This document shows, in pieces, positions 32,769 to 43,493 of a stretch of 64,000 nt of DNA (position 1 is the stretch's first letter; each line of letters begins with the position of its first letter). The notes under the pieces were generated by a model, which was not told where the DNA came from, ran no database searches, and worked only from the letters and a program-made list of their open reading frames with translations. Source of the DNA: Acidobacteriota bacterium. Lineage in GTDB: Bacteria; Acidobacteriota; UBA6911; RPQK01; JAJDTT01. A program made the translations under genes and the position numbers. Location: positions 1,802,955-1,866,954 of the forward strand of contig CBDCUP010000022.1 in the NCBI GenBank assembly GCA_965222655.1, given 5' to 3'.

Positions 32769-35124
32769 CTTTCAATCCCTCCTTCTGGGTAAATCCAGCA
32801 ATTTGTCGCGAGCCGTCGAGTTTCATCAGCAACGGCGGCAAGAACAGCAGGTCGGCCAGCAAAGCAATCGCGAGGGTCAGCGCGGTCATCTTGCCCATGC
32901 CGGCGTTGAATTCGAACGTAGATTGAGCGAGCACCAGAAAGCCGGCTACGAGAATCATCGAGGTGGCGACCAGCGCCAAGCCCACAGTCGAGAACGCGTA
33001 GCGTACGGCTTGCTCGGAACTCAGTCCCTTTTCGCGGCGCGCTCGCAGGTACTTGCTCAGGAAGTGCACCGTGTCGTCGACGACAATGCCCAGGCTCATG
33101 CCCGTTACAATCGAGAGCCCAAGGTTCACTTGCCCAACGAAAACGCCCCAAAGCCCGAACGCGAACACAGCCGGCATTACGTTCGGAATCAAGCTCAGCC
33201 ATCCGAATTTCATACTCCGCAGGGCGAAGACCAAGGTGACCGAAATCAGGATGAAAGCCAGTACTGTGCCGAATAGCATGCTGCGAATGTTGCGCGCCGA
33301 GATATAGGAAAAAATCACACCGGGCCCTACTCCGTGAGTATGCATCGGTGGGGGCGCGTTCTCCCGGAGCCATCCCTCCCCTCCTTCGACCAATCCGACC
33401 AGCTCTTTGGAAGTAACGTTCTCGACGGTGACAATGAAACGCGTCGCCGACTTGTCGACGTTGATCTGATTGTTGAGGTCGAGGCCGTAGGGCAGTGACA
33501 TCTCGTAGAGCAGCAGGTACTGCGCGGCCATATCGCGCTCCTCGGGCAGGCGATACCAGGCCGGGTCATCGCCGTGCAGATTCTTATTCAGTCGCTTCAT
33601 GACGTCACTGATCGTGGCGACGTGCATGACTCCCGGTCGTCCTCGGTACCAGTTTGCGAACTCATCGATCTTCTGAAGATAGTGGGGGCTGCTGATGCCT
33701 CCCTCCTCACCCGCGGCCAAAGAGAACTCGATCTGATAGATGCCGCTTAGATTATCCATCGCGTAGTCGGCATCCTGCCGGAACGTCGTGCTCTCGTGGA
33801 AGTAGTCGACAAACTGATCATTCAGATCGTTCAGGGGAAGGCACCCCGCAAGGATGAAAGCCAGGACGGCCGATGTCCACAGCAACGGCTTGCGGCTGCC
33901 AAGGACGAAGTCGGCCAGGCGATCCATCCACTTCGGTGAGACGATCATCTCGCCGCGCGCTCGAATAGGCAGAATCGCGACAGCTGCGGGAAGGAAGAGC
34001 ATCGAGTAGACCCAGGCCGCGACGACACCCAATGTCGTGATGTTGCCCAAGTCATTGAGCGGCGGCACCTCGCTGAAGTTCATGCTGAGAAAGCCGATGC
34101 CGGTTGTCAGGCTTGTTATAAAAACGGGTTGGGCATTGGTCCGCAAGCTTTCGACTATGGCTTCATGCTTCGAACGGCCCCGGCGCATCTCCCGTAGCAT
34201 CGAGATCAGGACGTGAATGCTATCCGCGACCGCCAGAGTGAGAATCATCGTGGGCGCTGCGGATGAGGGCGGCGTCAGCGAGAATCCGAGCCAGCCAGCA
34301 AGACCCATGGCCGTTGCCAACGACATTCCGATGACGAGCACGGCCGACAGGGTCGCCGTAAACGACCGCAGCAAGATCACCATCACGACGATGATGCCCA
34401 CATACATCATCGGCACCAAAGTTCCCAAGTCGCGCATCGCCGACTCCTGGAAGGCGTTGTTGAGCATGGCCATACCGGTCATCGCCACGGCACTTCCCGG
34501 ATAGTCCGTTTCGATCCGTGCGGCGAGTTTGCGGGCATGGGCGACGGAGCGTGCCGTTTCGTCCAACTCTTCGCGAGGGAATTGCAGAGTCACGTTCACG
34601 CCGTTGACGTGTGCGTTGGCGGGTACGAGTCTGCCTCTCAGAAAGGGCTCCTGGAGGGCGATCTGCTTTGCTTGCTCGGCCTCGCCGGCGGAAAGTTCAC
34701 GGGCACCCGAGACGAGGTCTTCCACGGTCAGGTCGTCGCCCTCGGCGTAGCTATGCTGGAAGTTGGTGACCGATTCGACCCGAATGGCAAAGGGGATCCG
34801 CCAAGCCTCCGCGGTGAGGTCTTCGACGGCCGCGAGGGCATCGGGAGAGAACCCATTCCCGTCAGCAGGAGTGACGACGAAAAGGATGTTGTCATTCTTC
34901 GTGTAGATGTCCTGGACCGCGTCGAACGCCCGTAGCTGTGGATTGTCCTCTCCGAAGAAGACTCGATACTCGTCGATGAACTGCAGCCGCGAAGCGCCGG
35001 ATGCGGCGAACAGGGCGGCGAGCAGGGAGAGGGCCACAACAGCCCATCTCCATCGAATGACCCACTCGGCGTAGCGGATAGCCCGAATGTCCCACTTGCT
35101 TGTATTCGAAATGCTTGCTTTCAT
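32740..35124 (-). CDS. RND superfamily exporter (MMPL/HAE3-type, 12 TMS with two periplasmic loops)
   Basis: 794 aa. Two 6-TMS bundles each preceded by a large hydrophilic loop. Confidence 0.8.
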   Translation of the reverse strand: MKASISNTSKWDIRAIRYAEWVIRWRWAVVALSLLAALFAASGASRLQFIDEYRVFFGEDNPQLRAFDAVQDIYTKNDNILFVVTPADGNGFSPDALAAVEDLTAEAWRIPFAIRVESVTNFQHSYAEGDDLTVEDLVSGARELSAGEAEQAKQIALQEPFLRGRLVPANAHVNGVNVTLQFPREELDETARSVAHARKLAARIETDYPGSAVAMTGMAMLNNAFQESAMRDLGTLVPMMYVGIIVVMVILLRSFTATLSAVLVIGMSLATAMGLAGWLGFSLTPPSSAAPTMILTLAVADSIHVLISMLREMRRGRSKHEAIVESLRTNAQPVFITSLTTGIGFLSMNFSEVPPLNDLGNITTLGVVAAWVYSMLFLPAAVAILPIRARGEMIVSPKWMDRLADFVLGSRKPLLWTSAVLAFILAGCLPLNDLNDQFVDYFHESTTFRQDADYAMDNLSGIYQIEFSLAAGEEGGISSPHYLQKIDEFANWYRGRPGVMHVATISDVMKRLNKNLHGDDPAWYRLPEERDMAAQYLLLYEMSLPYGLDLNNQINVDKSATRFIVTVENVTSKELVGLVEGGEGWLRENAPPPMHTHGVGPGVIFSYISARNIRSMLFGTVLAFILISVTLVFALRSMKFGWLSLIPNVMPAVFAFGLWGVFVGQVNLGLSIVTGMSLGIVVDDTVHFLSKYLRARREKGLSSEQAVRYAFSTVGLALVATSMILVAGFLVLAQSTFEFNAGMGKMTALTLAIALLADLLFLPPLLMKLDGSRQIAGFTQKEGLKDDDAYAAAS

Positions 35125-35198
35125 GTTTCAATCCTTTGCTTATTACATTCCGACTGGTCGGTATGTGAGAACGTCAACAGAACCACAGTTGTGCTTTG

Positions 35199-35822
35199 TC
35201 ATGCGGGGTTCTGGGGCTTGCGGAGTGTCTCAACGTAGCCAATCATTGCGTCTCGGCAGTCGGCCAGGACTTCGGGATTCTGGGCTGTCTTTGCCTGGCT
35301 GATGCCACCCTCCAAGCCAGCGACAAAGAAGCAGCCGATCTGGTCGGGATCGATGTTCTCACGGACATGTCCCGACCGCTGGCCACGCCGCAACGCTTCG
35401 GCGACCGCGCCACGCCACAAGGCGAAGAGCCCATCCAGGCGACGCCGAAACCCCTCGTCCACGGGCGACATTTCCTGGGCCAGGTTGTTCAGCGGGCAAC
35501 CCAGTTGGCAGCCTCGTTCCATGTCCTCGTCGCTGTAGCCCTCGAGAATGGCAATCATGTCGTCGATCGGATCTTCCCCTCGGCTGAGCGGTTTCAGCCA
35601 AGTATCCGAGATCATATTGTGGACCAACTCATCCACGACCGCGTAGCCCAATTCGTTCTTGTTGGAGAAGTGGTGATACAGTGCACCCTTGGTCACGCCG
35701 GTATTGGCCAGGATAGAGTCGAGGCTCGCCGCGCGAAACCCGTTGCGGTGGATTTCATGGAAAGCGGCCTCTAGGAGCCGCTGCCGGGTTTCATCGGAAT
35801 TTCGCTTATTGACCCTCATGTG
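35199..35822 (-). CDS. TetR/AcrR family transcriptional regulator
   Basis: N-terminal HTH ...RQRLLEAAFHEIHRNGFRAASLDSILANTGVTKGALYHHFSNK.... Confidence 0.85.
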   Translation of the reverse strand, partial: HMRVNKRNSDETRQRLLEAAFHEIHRNGFRAASLDSILANTGVTKGALYHHFSNKNELGYAVVDELVHNMISDTWLKPLSRGEDPIDDMIAILEGYSDEDMERGCQLGCPLNNLAQEMSPVDEGFRRRLDGLFALWRGAVAEALRRGQRSGHVRENIDPDQIGCFFVAGLEGGISQAKTAQNPEVLADCRDAMIGYVETLRKPQNPA

Positions 35823-36000
35823 AATCGCTACCAACCGGACCAAGCCGAGTTACATACCAACTAGTATGCATGTAGAGAAGCTGGTTGTCAAGACAGTACG
35901 CGAGCCAACCTCAAGTCCTGATCGAATCCACGCGAAGAGATGATGCTGATGTGCCTGCGACTCGATGCTGTCCGCGCTCGCCACGCTGACCTCCAATGGC

Positions 36001-37778
36001 TCAATGCGCTGTGTCGGTCTCTGGTTCGTAGACTGGTTCGCCTCGGTGAAGACGTAGGGCAACCCGGAGTGTCTGTTGCATGGCCCGCTGTGTCGGGGAA
36101 TGAGCGGCCAGATAGCGGGCCGCTCCAACCATCACCAGCCGTTTCTCATCAGCATCCTCCAGGTCCTGGTACTGACGAATCGCCGCTTCCAGCATCTGGA
36201 AGCTGTGGAACTCGGCGTCCTCACGAAGCAAGCTATCAGCCATCGTACGAATCAGCCCTCCGCCGTCTCCGGTCGCCTCCAGATAGCTGTAGACCAGCTG
36301 GCCAGCCGCGTCAGTCTGTTGTTGGAGGTTCATCAGGGCGAGCAGCTCCGTGTGCAGTGAGTCGATCTCCCTCCGGTGCGCCCCTCTTCGAGGTGCGCCC
36401 CTCTTCGATTGGAAGCAGGCAATCGGGCCGGTGGGATGTTGAAGAAGCGATCGAGATAGACACGCATGGCACCGTGGAAGACTCCTCGCAAGAGTTCGGG
36501 AGATTGGTTTCGTTTCAACAATTGGTGGAGTGCATTGGCATAGCTGAAACTGTGGAGCACCGCTATCCAGTCGGCAAATTCGTTTTGAACGTGGAAGCGG
36601 ACAATGCGCAGGGCCGCCGCATACGCTATCGCCTGAGCCAGTTGCACGGGCTGGGCCCCTTTTTGAATGGCGTCCTTGAGCGCCTCAATCGGGATGTAGG
36701 GATCGTCGCTGAAGAGGGCCTCAGTGAAGTCTTCCGGCTTGCTCCAGGTCTTGTCCCGTCCTGCCTCGACCAAGCTGGGGAGCCCATCGAACGCTTCTCG
36801 TAGCAGGGGCACCAGATCGATGGGATGACGCCAGGCGTTGCGCTCCTCGCTGCGCACCCCGGTGCAAAGCGGTCGGATCAGGGACGGCAGAACTCGGCTG
36901 GCGTGTTCCCAACCAACCCGGTCCAGCAGTTCGAAAGCTTTGTCGATGAAGTCCATCACATGGCCATCGTCCAAGTAGAAATGATCGGTTGCGGCTGTCA
37001 CCACGATGTCGGCCAACTGGGCGTCCGTCATTCCCTTATGTATCGCTGTTAGCAGGCAGCGCTCGGCCCCTTCGGTGCTACGCACCTCGACGAAGTAGCG
37101 AAACCAGCGCTTGAGATGTTCCTGCGGGATGTCCTGGTTGTGGAGCGGCTGGATGTTGAACTTGGGGGTCTGACCGGCACAGTCCCGGGCAATGTGTACC
37201 AGGCCGTGATACAGCGGAGCAATGCGCTCCTCGCCCTGCAGGTGGTCGCAGAGGTTGGACATCGCGCTCAGGATGGTGAGGCCGGAGCTCCAGTCCTCGC
37301 GATGCTTCACCCCATACGAGGCACCCTGTTTGGCGATTTCGTTGTGGGACACACCACTGTGATGCAGTCCGACCACCGATTTGCCCACGATCAGATTGAG
37401 ATTCTGCTCTAGTCCTTCCTGCAGTCGTTGGGTCCAGCGTTTGACGGGATCGGTCTGGGGCGGCATGGTGTCCAGAAAGACCTCTCCGTCCCTGACCTCC
37501 ACCGCATAGGAATCGACATCGTCGGCGAACAGATTGAAGGTGCATCCGCTGACCAGATCGAAGCGGGCGTGATGCCAATAGCAGGTTAGGATCCCGTCTT
37601 CAACCGTCCCGCGATGCAGGGGGAAGCCCATGTGAGGACAGCGGTTATCAACGGCATGGAGCTTATCGCCGTGATGAAAGATGACGATGGGTACTGGCCC
37701 CTGGGATATCAGCAGGGGACTCTTTCCTTGAACCTCCTTCAGGGAACCAACGTGGATGACCCCATTCTTCCGGTCCAT
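36001..37778 (-). pseudogene. Rieske [2Fe-2S]-domain protein gene split into two ORFs by a 17-bp tandem duplication
   Basis: Rieske boxes CPHMGFPLH and CYWHHARFD in ORF 36333..37778. Deleting one copy of the 17-mer fuses it in frame to ORF 36001..36333. Confidence 0.7.
36375..36408. repeat. Perfect 17-bp tandem duplication (ggtgcgcccctcttcga x2)
   Basis: Read directly at 36375-36391 and 36392-36408. Confidence 0.9.
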
Positions 37779-37964
37779 ACTGTCGACCTCCGTACCTCAG
37801 ACCACGCTCCGAATCTCGATCGTAGCAAAGATGAGCTCGGCTAACCATGTTGTAGCGGGAGATCCAGGAATCCCCCCGATCAGAGTAGGGCAAGGAAGAC
37901 TGCGATCCAGTACGGTGACAGAGCCCGCTGGCGTGCTACAATCGGCTGCCAGAGGGGGCGTGCG

Positions 37965-39440
37965 ATGGGTCGACACTGGACGCGGCGGCAGTTCGGAAAG
38001 CTCGGAGCGGCGCTGGCACTTGCCCCCGTCCCGAGCTGGTCCCAGGCAGGGTCTTCGCGGGGGCTGGTTCGGGTAACGCGGGGTGCGGCACTCCTGCGCG
38101 CGCCCGTTTCTGTCCCGGCTGGCGAGGTCTGGCGCTACGGAATTACCTACCCGTTCCAGGTCGCGCCGCGCTTGGCTGGCGTGTTCTGCAACATCCGCAA
38201 GGCACTCAATCCCGGTGTCGATTTCGAGCTCGGCTCCGACGTGCTGCTCTTCGACAGCCTCGATGCGATCCGTAGCGAAGCTGCGGTCCAAATCTCCCGT
38301 AACCACGGGGAGCCGAACCCAAACTCCCGGCCTCCGAACGAGCGGGCGGTCATGGTGAAGTACCCGGTGGCCGGCGCCTTCGTGCCCACCGGCGCGAAGC
38401 GGGCCGACGGCTCGCCCCACCCGCATGCCGGAACCGGGTTCGGCCTCTCGACCGCCCAGGCCTGGCCCCAGCACGACCGGGACCTCGGACACAACGCCGA
38501 CCGGATTGGGCGTCGCGCCTACCCGGGGGCCCAGGCCTACGAGTACCTGGAGTTCCAGCAGCTTTCGTACGACGGTACCCGGTTCCGGGCGGAGAAGGCG
38601 GAGCCGCTGGTGGAGGGTCGAGCAAGCGTCGGAGACTGGTTCCTAGCCGGCAACCCGATTCGGAACGGGATCGCCGACGGCGACGATCTCCTACTCCCGT
38701 ACAGCTGCCGCCGCGGGGAGCCGGCCGGCCCGAAGCGGTCCCTGGTCGCCAGCGGTGTCCTCCGTTTTCGCCGCACTGCGGGTCTCTGGCAAGCGCACAC
38801 GTTTGTCCCGGTGACGCCCGAGGACGGCTCCTGGGAGCCAACCCTGGTTCGCGACGTCGACGGGACGCTGCTGCTCTGCGCACGGGGCAAAGGGGAACCG
38901 AACCGGACGAGCATCCGGGTCTGGCGCTCCGCGGACGGTGGCACGACCTGGCGGCTACAGATCGAGGCGCTGGGGCCCATCTCGATGTCGCCGGTGTCGA
39001 TCAACCAGGCTGCCGACGGCACTCCCTACGTGGCCGCCAACCTCTTCGAGGTGCCGCTCTGGCCGATCGGCGACGAGCGCTACAACCACAGCGGGTACAA
39101 AGGTACCGGGGATGGCGGGCGGATGCGCCTCGGGGGGTGGCTGCGGGAGCGCCTGGTGCTCTGGCCGCTCTCGGCCGACCGCAAGAGCCTGGCGTCGCCG
39201 ATCGTCGCCCGCGACTGCCGGTCGGAATTCGGACCGCCCCCGGGCGGCAGCAGCTGGCACGCCGACCACCCTTCGGCCATGAACCTCCAGCTTGGCGACG
39301 GGAGCTGGCACAACATCCTCGGCTACCGCGTCCTCGAGCGCGCCGAGGCGACGCACGCGATCGCTCCAGCACCCCAGTCGGGAGCCTACCTCGAGGAAGT
39401 CCTCTCGTCGGGTCCGCCGTTGCCCGCCTGGCACTTCTAA
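37965..39440 (+). CDS. Tat-exported hypothetical protein with an Asp-box (SADGGTTW); locally very high GC
   Basis: Tat motif TRRQFGKLGAALALA. 491 aa. About 70% GC by eye. Confidence 0.55.
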   Translation: MGRHWTRRQFGKLGAALALAPVPSWSQAGSSRGLVRVTRGAALLRAPVSVPAGEVWRYGITYPFQVAPRLAGVFCNIRKALNPGVDFELGSDVLLFDSLDAIRSEAAVQISRNHGEPNPNSRPPNERAVMVKYPVAGAFVPTGAKRADGSPHPHAGTGFGLSTAQAWPQHDRDLGHNADRIGRRAYPGAQAYEYLEFQQLSYDGTRFRAEKAEPLVEGRASVGDWFLAGNPIRNGIADGDDLLLPYSCRRGEPAGPKRSLVASGVLRFRRTAGLWQAHTFVPVTPEDGSWEPTLVRDVDGTLLLCARGKGEPNRTSIRVWRSADGGTTWRLQIEALGPISMSPVSINQAADGTPYVAANLFEVPLWPIGDERYNHSGYKGTGDGGRMRLGGWLRERLVLWPLSADRKSLASPIVARDCRSEFGPPPGGSSWHADHPSAMNLQLGDGSWHNILGYRVLERAEATHAIAPAPQSGAYLEEVLSSGPPLPAWHF

Positions 39441-39625
39441 GCCACGGGCGGGCCGCAAGCGCGTTGACGGCCGTTGTCCCCACCCGGCTCCTCCACAATA
39501 CCGGCTCTGTCAGGGTTGCCTGCGATATTTCTGGTAGTGCTGGGCAACTCCCTCGACCTCAAGGATCCGCTTCGGCTGGGTGGGGACTGAGCTCCAATCG
39601 CCGCAGCACCAGAGGATTGCCGTAG

Positions 39626-41173
39626 ATGTTCCATCTTGCCCGCACGCTGCTGGCCTTGTTCCTGGTGGTGGGCAGCTTCCCCTCCCAGCTTGGGGGTAGC
39701 TGTGCCCTCTATGTGGGTCGGAATCTTACCGCGGATGGGAGTGTTCTGCTGGGAGGTTACGGGGACGAGCCCTCGAGCCACTGGCTCGAGGTCACTCCGG
39801 CTATCGATCATCCGGAAGGCGCTACCCTTGAGGTCGGCGTCACTGCGGCGTCCCGATATCCCGGCCTGCGATTTCGGATCCCCCAGGTTTCTCGAACCCA
39901 CAAGTATCTGGCGGTCTCGTATTCCTCCTTTGCGGGTTTCCCCGCTCCCCTTACCAACGGCGGACTCAATCAGCACCTGGTGGCAGGACGGGATGTCTCT
40001 GCGGGCTCCCGGCTCGAGTTGCGCCAGATGACCCCCAACCCACAGCGGGGTCTCAATTACAGCGACCTGGCCCGGATCGCCTTGGAGCGAGCCAGGACTG
40101 CTCGTGAGGCTGCCCAGATTGTGGGCTCCCTGGTCGAAGAGCACGGCTACGCTACCTTCGGGGGGAACTCCCATATCTTTGCTGATACTACAGAGGGCTG
40201 GATCGTGCTCGAGTTTGCGGGGGGCCAGGGCCTCTGGGTCGCGCAGCGCCTGGGTGCGGACGATATCCGGGTCTTCAGGGGAGGCTACATTGGTGAAATT
40301 CCCCTCGACTATCGAACCCATCCGGACTACATGGGGTCCGAGAACCTGATCTCCTTTGCGGTGGAACAGGGCTGGTACGCTTCCGAATCGGGGGACGGTG
40401 GACCGACTGAAGAGCCCTTCAATGTTCATGCCGTTTATGGTGTCGATAGGCAGCCCAACCTGGAGGGGAGCCAGATCCGCACCGAGGCGATGGAATACAT
40501 GGAGGCGTGGCTTCGGCAGCGCTCTTCCAGACTGACACTTCAGGACATGATGGAGGCAGTCCGCAGTCCAGTCATTACCCGCGAGTCGGCCGGATACGGT
40601 CAGGTGGCCCACCTCAGGAGGGAAGTCAGGAGTGAAGTGGCGCCACTCTGGATTGCCCTGGCTCCTTCCCTGGCCAGCCCTTTCCTGCCTTACTACCTTG
40701 GGATTACTGACGTGCCCGCGGAGTACAAGGAACATCGCTATCTGACAGAAGGTGAGGCCAGTCGATTCATCCCACGAAATCGCCAGGGAAGGGAATCCAC
40801 GCGCTCCGCTTATCAGATATATAAGCGACTTTTCCACCTGGTCTGTGAGCACCCCTGTAAGTTTCAGGCTGAGGTAGTGGAGGCGTTGGCTGCCTTTGAG
40901 GCACAGTTGATTGGAAAGCAGGCTGGGGTGAAGAGGACGGCCCACACCCTGCTGGAGACTTCTCACGATCTGGCTGCGGACTACTTGACCCGTGTGACCA
41001 GTCAGACCGCGCTCGAGGCCTTGGAGCTAGCCGAAAAGCTGTCAGCCAGCATCGAGATCCGGACAAGACTTCTCTACGGCGTCCGTGAGCCAGAGGCAGC
41101 GGAGGCAGGAATCGTTCACTGCCGCTGTCAGTCGCGGCCTCCAGCGGGCCGCAGCAACTGGCCTTCGGACTGA
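39626..41173 (+). CDS. Peptidase C69 family dipeptidase (Cys-nucleophile Ntn hydrolase)
   Basis: Signal peptide then GGSCALYVGRNLTADGSVLLGGYGDE, matching the C69 N-terminal C-x-x-x-x-V-G-K-x-x-x-x-D-G-S pattern. Confidence 0.6.
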   Translation: MFHLARTLLALFLVVGSFPSQLGGSCALYVGRNLTADGSVLLGGYGDEPSSHWLEVTPAIDHPEGATLEVGVTAASRYPGLRFRIPQVSRTHKYLAVSYSSFAGFPAPLTNGGLNQHLVAGRDVSAGSRLELRQMTPNPQRGLNYSDLARIALERARTAREAAQIVGSLVEEHGYATFGGNSHIFADTTEGWIVLEFAGGQGLWVAQRLGADDIRVFRGGYIGEIPLDYRTHPDYMGSENLISFAVEQGWYASESGDGGPTEEPFNVHAVYGVDRQPNLEGSQIRTEAMEYMEAWLRQRSSRLTLQDMMEAVRSPVITRESAGYGQVAHLRREVRSEVAPLWIALAPSLASPFLPYYLGITDVPAEYKEHRYLTEGEASRFIPRNRQGRESTRSAYQIYKRLFHLVCEHPCKFQAEVVEALAAFEAQLIGKQAGVKRTAHTLLETSHDLAADYLTRVTSQTALEALELAEKLSASIEIRTRLLYGVREPEAAEAGIVHCRCQSRPPAGRSNWPSD

Positions 41174-41295
41174 AGTCTCGCTCGGCTCTCTCCTCGAGCA
41201 ACGCCGCACCGAAGCGGGTACCTGGTCCCCGGTCGCAAGCCTTGCCAGGACGGCCCTTGCGGCACCTCGCTACGACAAGCGATGAGAAATCCGGG

Positions 41296-42222
41296 CTAGA
41301 ACGTTCTCGTCCCCGCTACACTGGTCGCGACGTAGTACACGGAGGTCCGCGCGGTGATGTAGAGTCCGAGAATCCCGCGGCCCCAGCAGCAATTCGACGG
41401 CTGCTCCGGAGTGACGATCGTGCCCAGGTGCTTCCCCGTCGGGCTAAAGATCCAGAGTCCGCCGGGGCCGGACGCGTAGACGTTGCCCAACTCGTCGGTC
41501 TTGAGGCCGAAGCGGCCACCCAGCTCATCGGACACGAACTCGGCAAACACTCGGCCCTGGCCCAGAGTTCCGTCGTCGTTGAGTGGCTGGACACGGATGT
41601 TCTTCTGGCCGTCATCGGCCACGTAGAGCAGGTCTTGCTGCGGGCCCAACGCAACGCCGCTGGGGCGCGCGCATTCCTGAGAAACCCGTTCCACCCTACC
41701 GGCTCCGGGCATCTGTGTGCGGGTGATGCGGTAGACGGCCGGCGGGTTTGTTCGCTGGGGGGCGATCCGGCTCCTCCCTGAGAGGTCACTCCGTGGCAAG
41801 TCACTGAAGTAGACCGAGCCGTCGATGTTGTAGACCAGATCGTAGGGTCCGTTCAGACGCTTGCCTCCGTAACGGTCCGCCAGTACCGTGATCGAGCCGT
41901 TCTTCTCGGTCCGCGTCACCCGGCCAGCGCCCTGCTCACAGGTGAGCAACCTTCCCTGATGATCGAAGGTCAGTCCACAGGCACCTTGGGACTTTTCGCG
42001 AAAGACCGTCAGTTTGCCTCCGTCCGGCTCGCTTTCCCAGACCGGAATCGTCCACTTGTAGATCTTCTCGCCGCCCAGGTCGCTGAATAGGAGGAACCCG
42101 ATGCGGCTGAAGACGGGAGCTGCAGTCGACAGGAAACCGTCGGCCACTTTGACGATCCGGGCGCGTCGCTCCACCAGATCAAAGATCTCGGGATGCTGGG
42201 CGTAGATTCCCGGTGCTCGCAT
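41296..42222 (-). CDS. SMP-30/gluconolactonase/LRE-like beta-propeller protein
   Basis: 308 aa. ...GACGLTFDHQGRLL... and ...NGPYDLVYNIDGSVYFSD... typical of the family. Confidence 0.65.
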   Translation of the reverse strand: MRAPGIYAQHPEIFDLVERRARIVKVADGFLSTAAPVFSRIGFLLFSDLGGEKIYKWTIPVWESEPDGGKLTVFREKSQGACGLTFDHQGRLLTCEQGAGRVTRTEKNGSITVLADRYGGKRLNGPYDLVYNIDGSVYFSDLPRSDLSGRSRIAPQRTNPPAVYRITRTQMPGAGRVERVSQECARPSGVALGPQQDLLYVADDGQKNIRVQPLNDDGTLGQGRVFAEFVSDELGGRFGLKTDELGNVYASGPGGLWIFSPTGKHLGTIVTPEQPSNCCWGRGILGLYITARTSVYYVATSVAGTRTF

Positions 42223-42223
42223 C

Positions 42224-43459
42224 TCAGGATCCCAGTCCGTGGGCGTAATAGGATTGTGCGGGTCCCCGGTAGCTGATGTCGAGCACCGGTGTTTCGATTC
42301 GCACCTGCCCGCGATACCACGAGTCCATCAGGAACGAGAGCGCGCCGCTGGTCAGCAGCGTGCGTTCGACCGGATAGTCGAGCGTGCCTTGGGTGAACAT
42401 CCGTCCAATGGAATCAACCAATGGGCTGAAGTTGTTGGAGTTTTCGATCGGGATGTAACAAAGCGTAGCCTTCGGCTCACGCTCTCCCTGGATTTTTACC
42501 GCGCCCAGATACTCGGCCACCTTGCCGCCCAGGGCGAGGGCCGTTCCACGAAAACCGTCGTTGTATTCGATCAGACAGGCGACGGGCCTTTCGGCTATCT
42601 CCTCGACGGGGCCCGGCGTGACCCTCTCTCCTCTGGCGAGCGCTGCATCCAGAAGGCTGCGGCTCCAGCGAGCCTCCTTCGCAGCTTCCCAGACGGCATC
42701 GTCAGTAAGTAACTGCACGGCCTTGACGCCGGTCTCGCCTCCTGCCCGGCGCTCGGCGAGGCACTGCAGCGTCTCGAGCAGATGAAACAGCCCCCCATCG
42801 GACACCCAACCGCCGCCGACGGCGAGCACTTCCTCCAGCTTCGTATCGAGAGGAAAATCGAGCTCGGGGCGGCGAAAGGTCACCGAAACCGACGAACCCG
42901 ACATCAAGGGAAACTTCAGCTCTTTCGACCAGTCGTACATCTGCTTCGACTTTTCCCAGTCGAAGGAGAGCTGCTTGTCATTGAAGACCGGGACAGAGCG
43001 ACCGGATCTCCTGAAGACGCTCACGATCTCCTCCATGAAGCGATGACGTGGGTAGAGTTTCTGGTTCCTGACATTCGTCGGATAGTCGCCGTGCTCACCG
43101 ATGAGCAGGACACCATCCACGGCTAGATCTTCGCCGCCCAGGGTCAACGCCTTCCGGATCGTCGGGTACGTCGAGACGCCCCAGCTCCTCGCGAGTCGCC
43201 CGCTGATGTCGGCGTCATGCTCCTGTTCGACGAACAACGACCTCACGTCGCAAGGCGGCTCGTAGTACCGATCGTTGATCCAATAGCCTTCGAGGAAACG
43301 TGTGATGAAATTGTCGCTGTGCGAGCGGACATGATAGGTGGTCGAGAGGGCCGCAATCTTCTTGCGTCCTGAAGCCAGCACCGCTGCCGGCGCCCAGAAG
43401 CCCGTGGCCCCAATTATTCCCGCCGCCGCCGTCGCCTTGAGAAAGCTCCTTCGATCCAT
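42224..43459 (-). CDS. Tat-exported hypothetical protein
   Basis: Tat motif DRRSFLKATAAAG. Translationally coupled to the gluconolactonase gene. Confidence 0.5.
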   Translation of the reverse strand: MDRRSFLKATAAAGIIGATGFWAPAAVLASGRKKIAALSTTYHVRSHSDNFITRFLEGYWINDRYYEPPCDVRSLFVEQEHDADISGRLARSWGVSTYPTIRKALTLGGEDLAVDGVLLIGEHGDYPTNVRNQKLYPRHRFMEEIVSVFRRSGRSVPVFNDKQLSFDWEKSKQMYDWSKELKFPLMSGSSVSVTFRRPELDFPLDTKLEEVLAVGGGWVSDGGLFHLLETLQCLAERRAGGETGVKAVQLLTDDAVWEAAKEARWSRSLLDAALARGERVTPGPVEEIAERPVACLIEYNDGFRGTALALGGKVAEYLGAVKIQGEREPKATLCYIPIENSNNFSPLVDSIGRMFTQGTLDYPVERTLLTSGALSFLMDSWYRGQVRIETPVLDISYRGPAQSYYAHGLGS

Positions 43460-43493
43460 TGCAGGTCCGTTGTCCGTGGTGCTTGGTTCAGTG

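Noticed and set aside
38350-39498. Several 160-180-aa Arg/Pro-rich ORFs on the minus strand
   Set aside because: They are antisense to the very GC-rich 37965..39440 gene and have low-complexity RP/RG composition.
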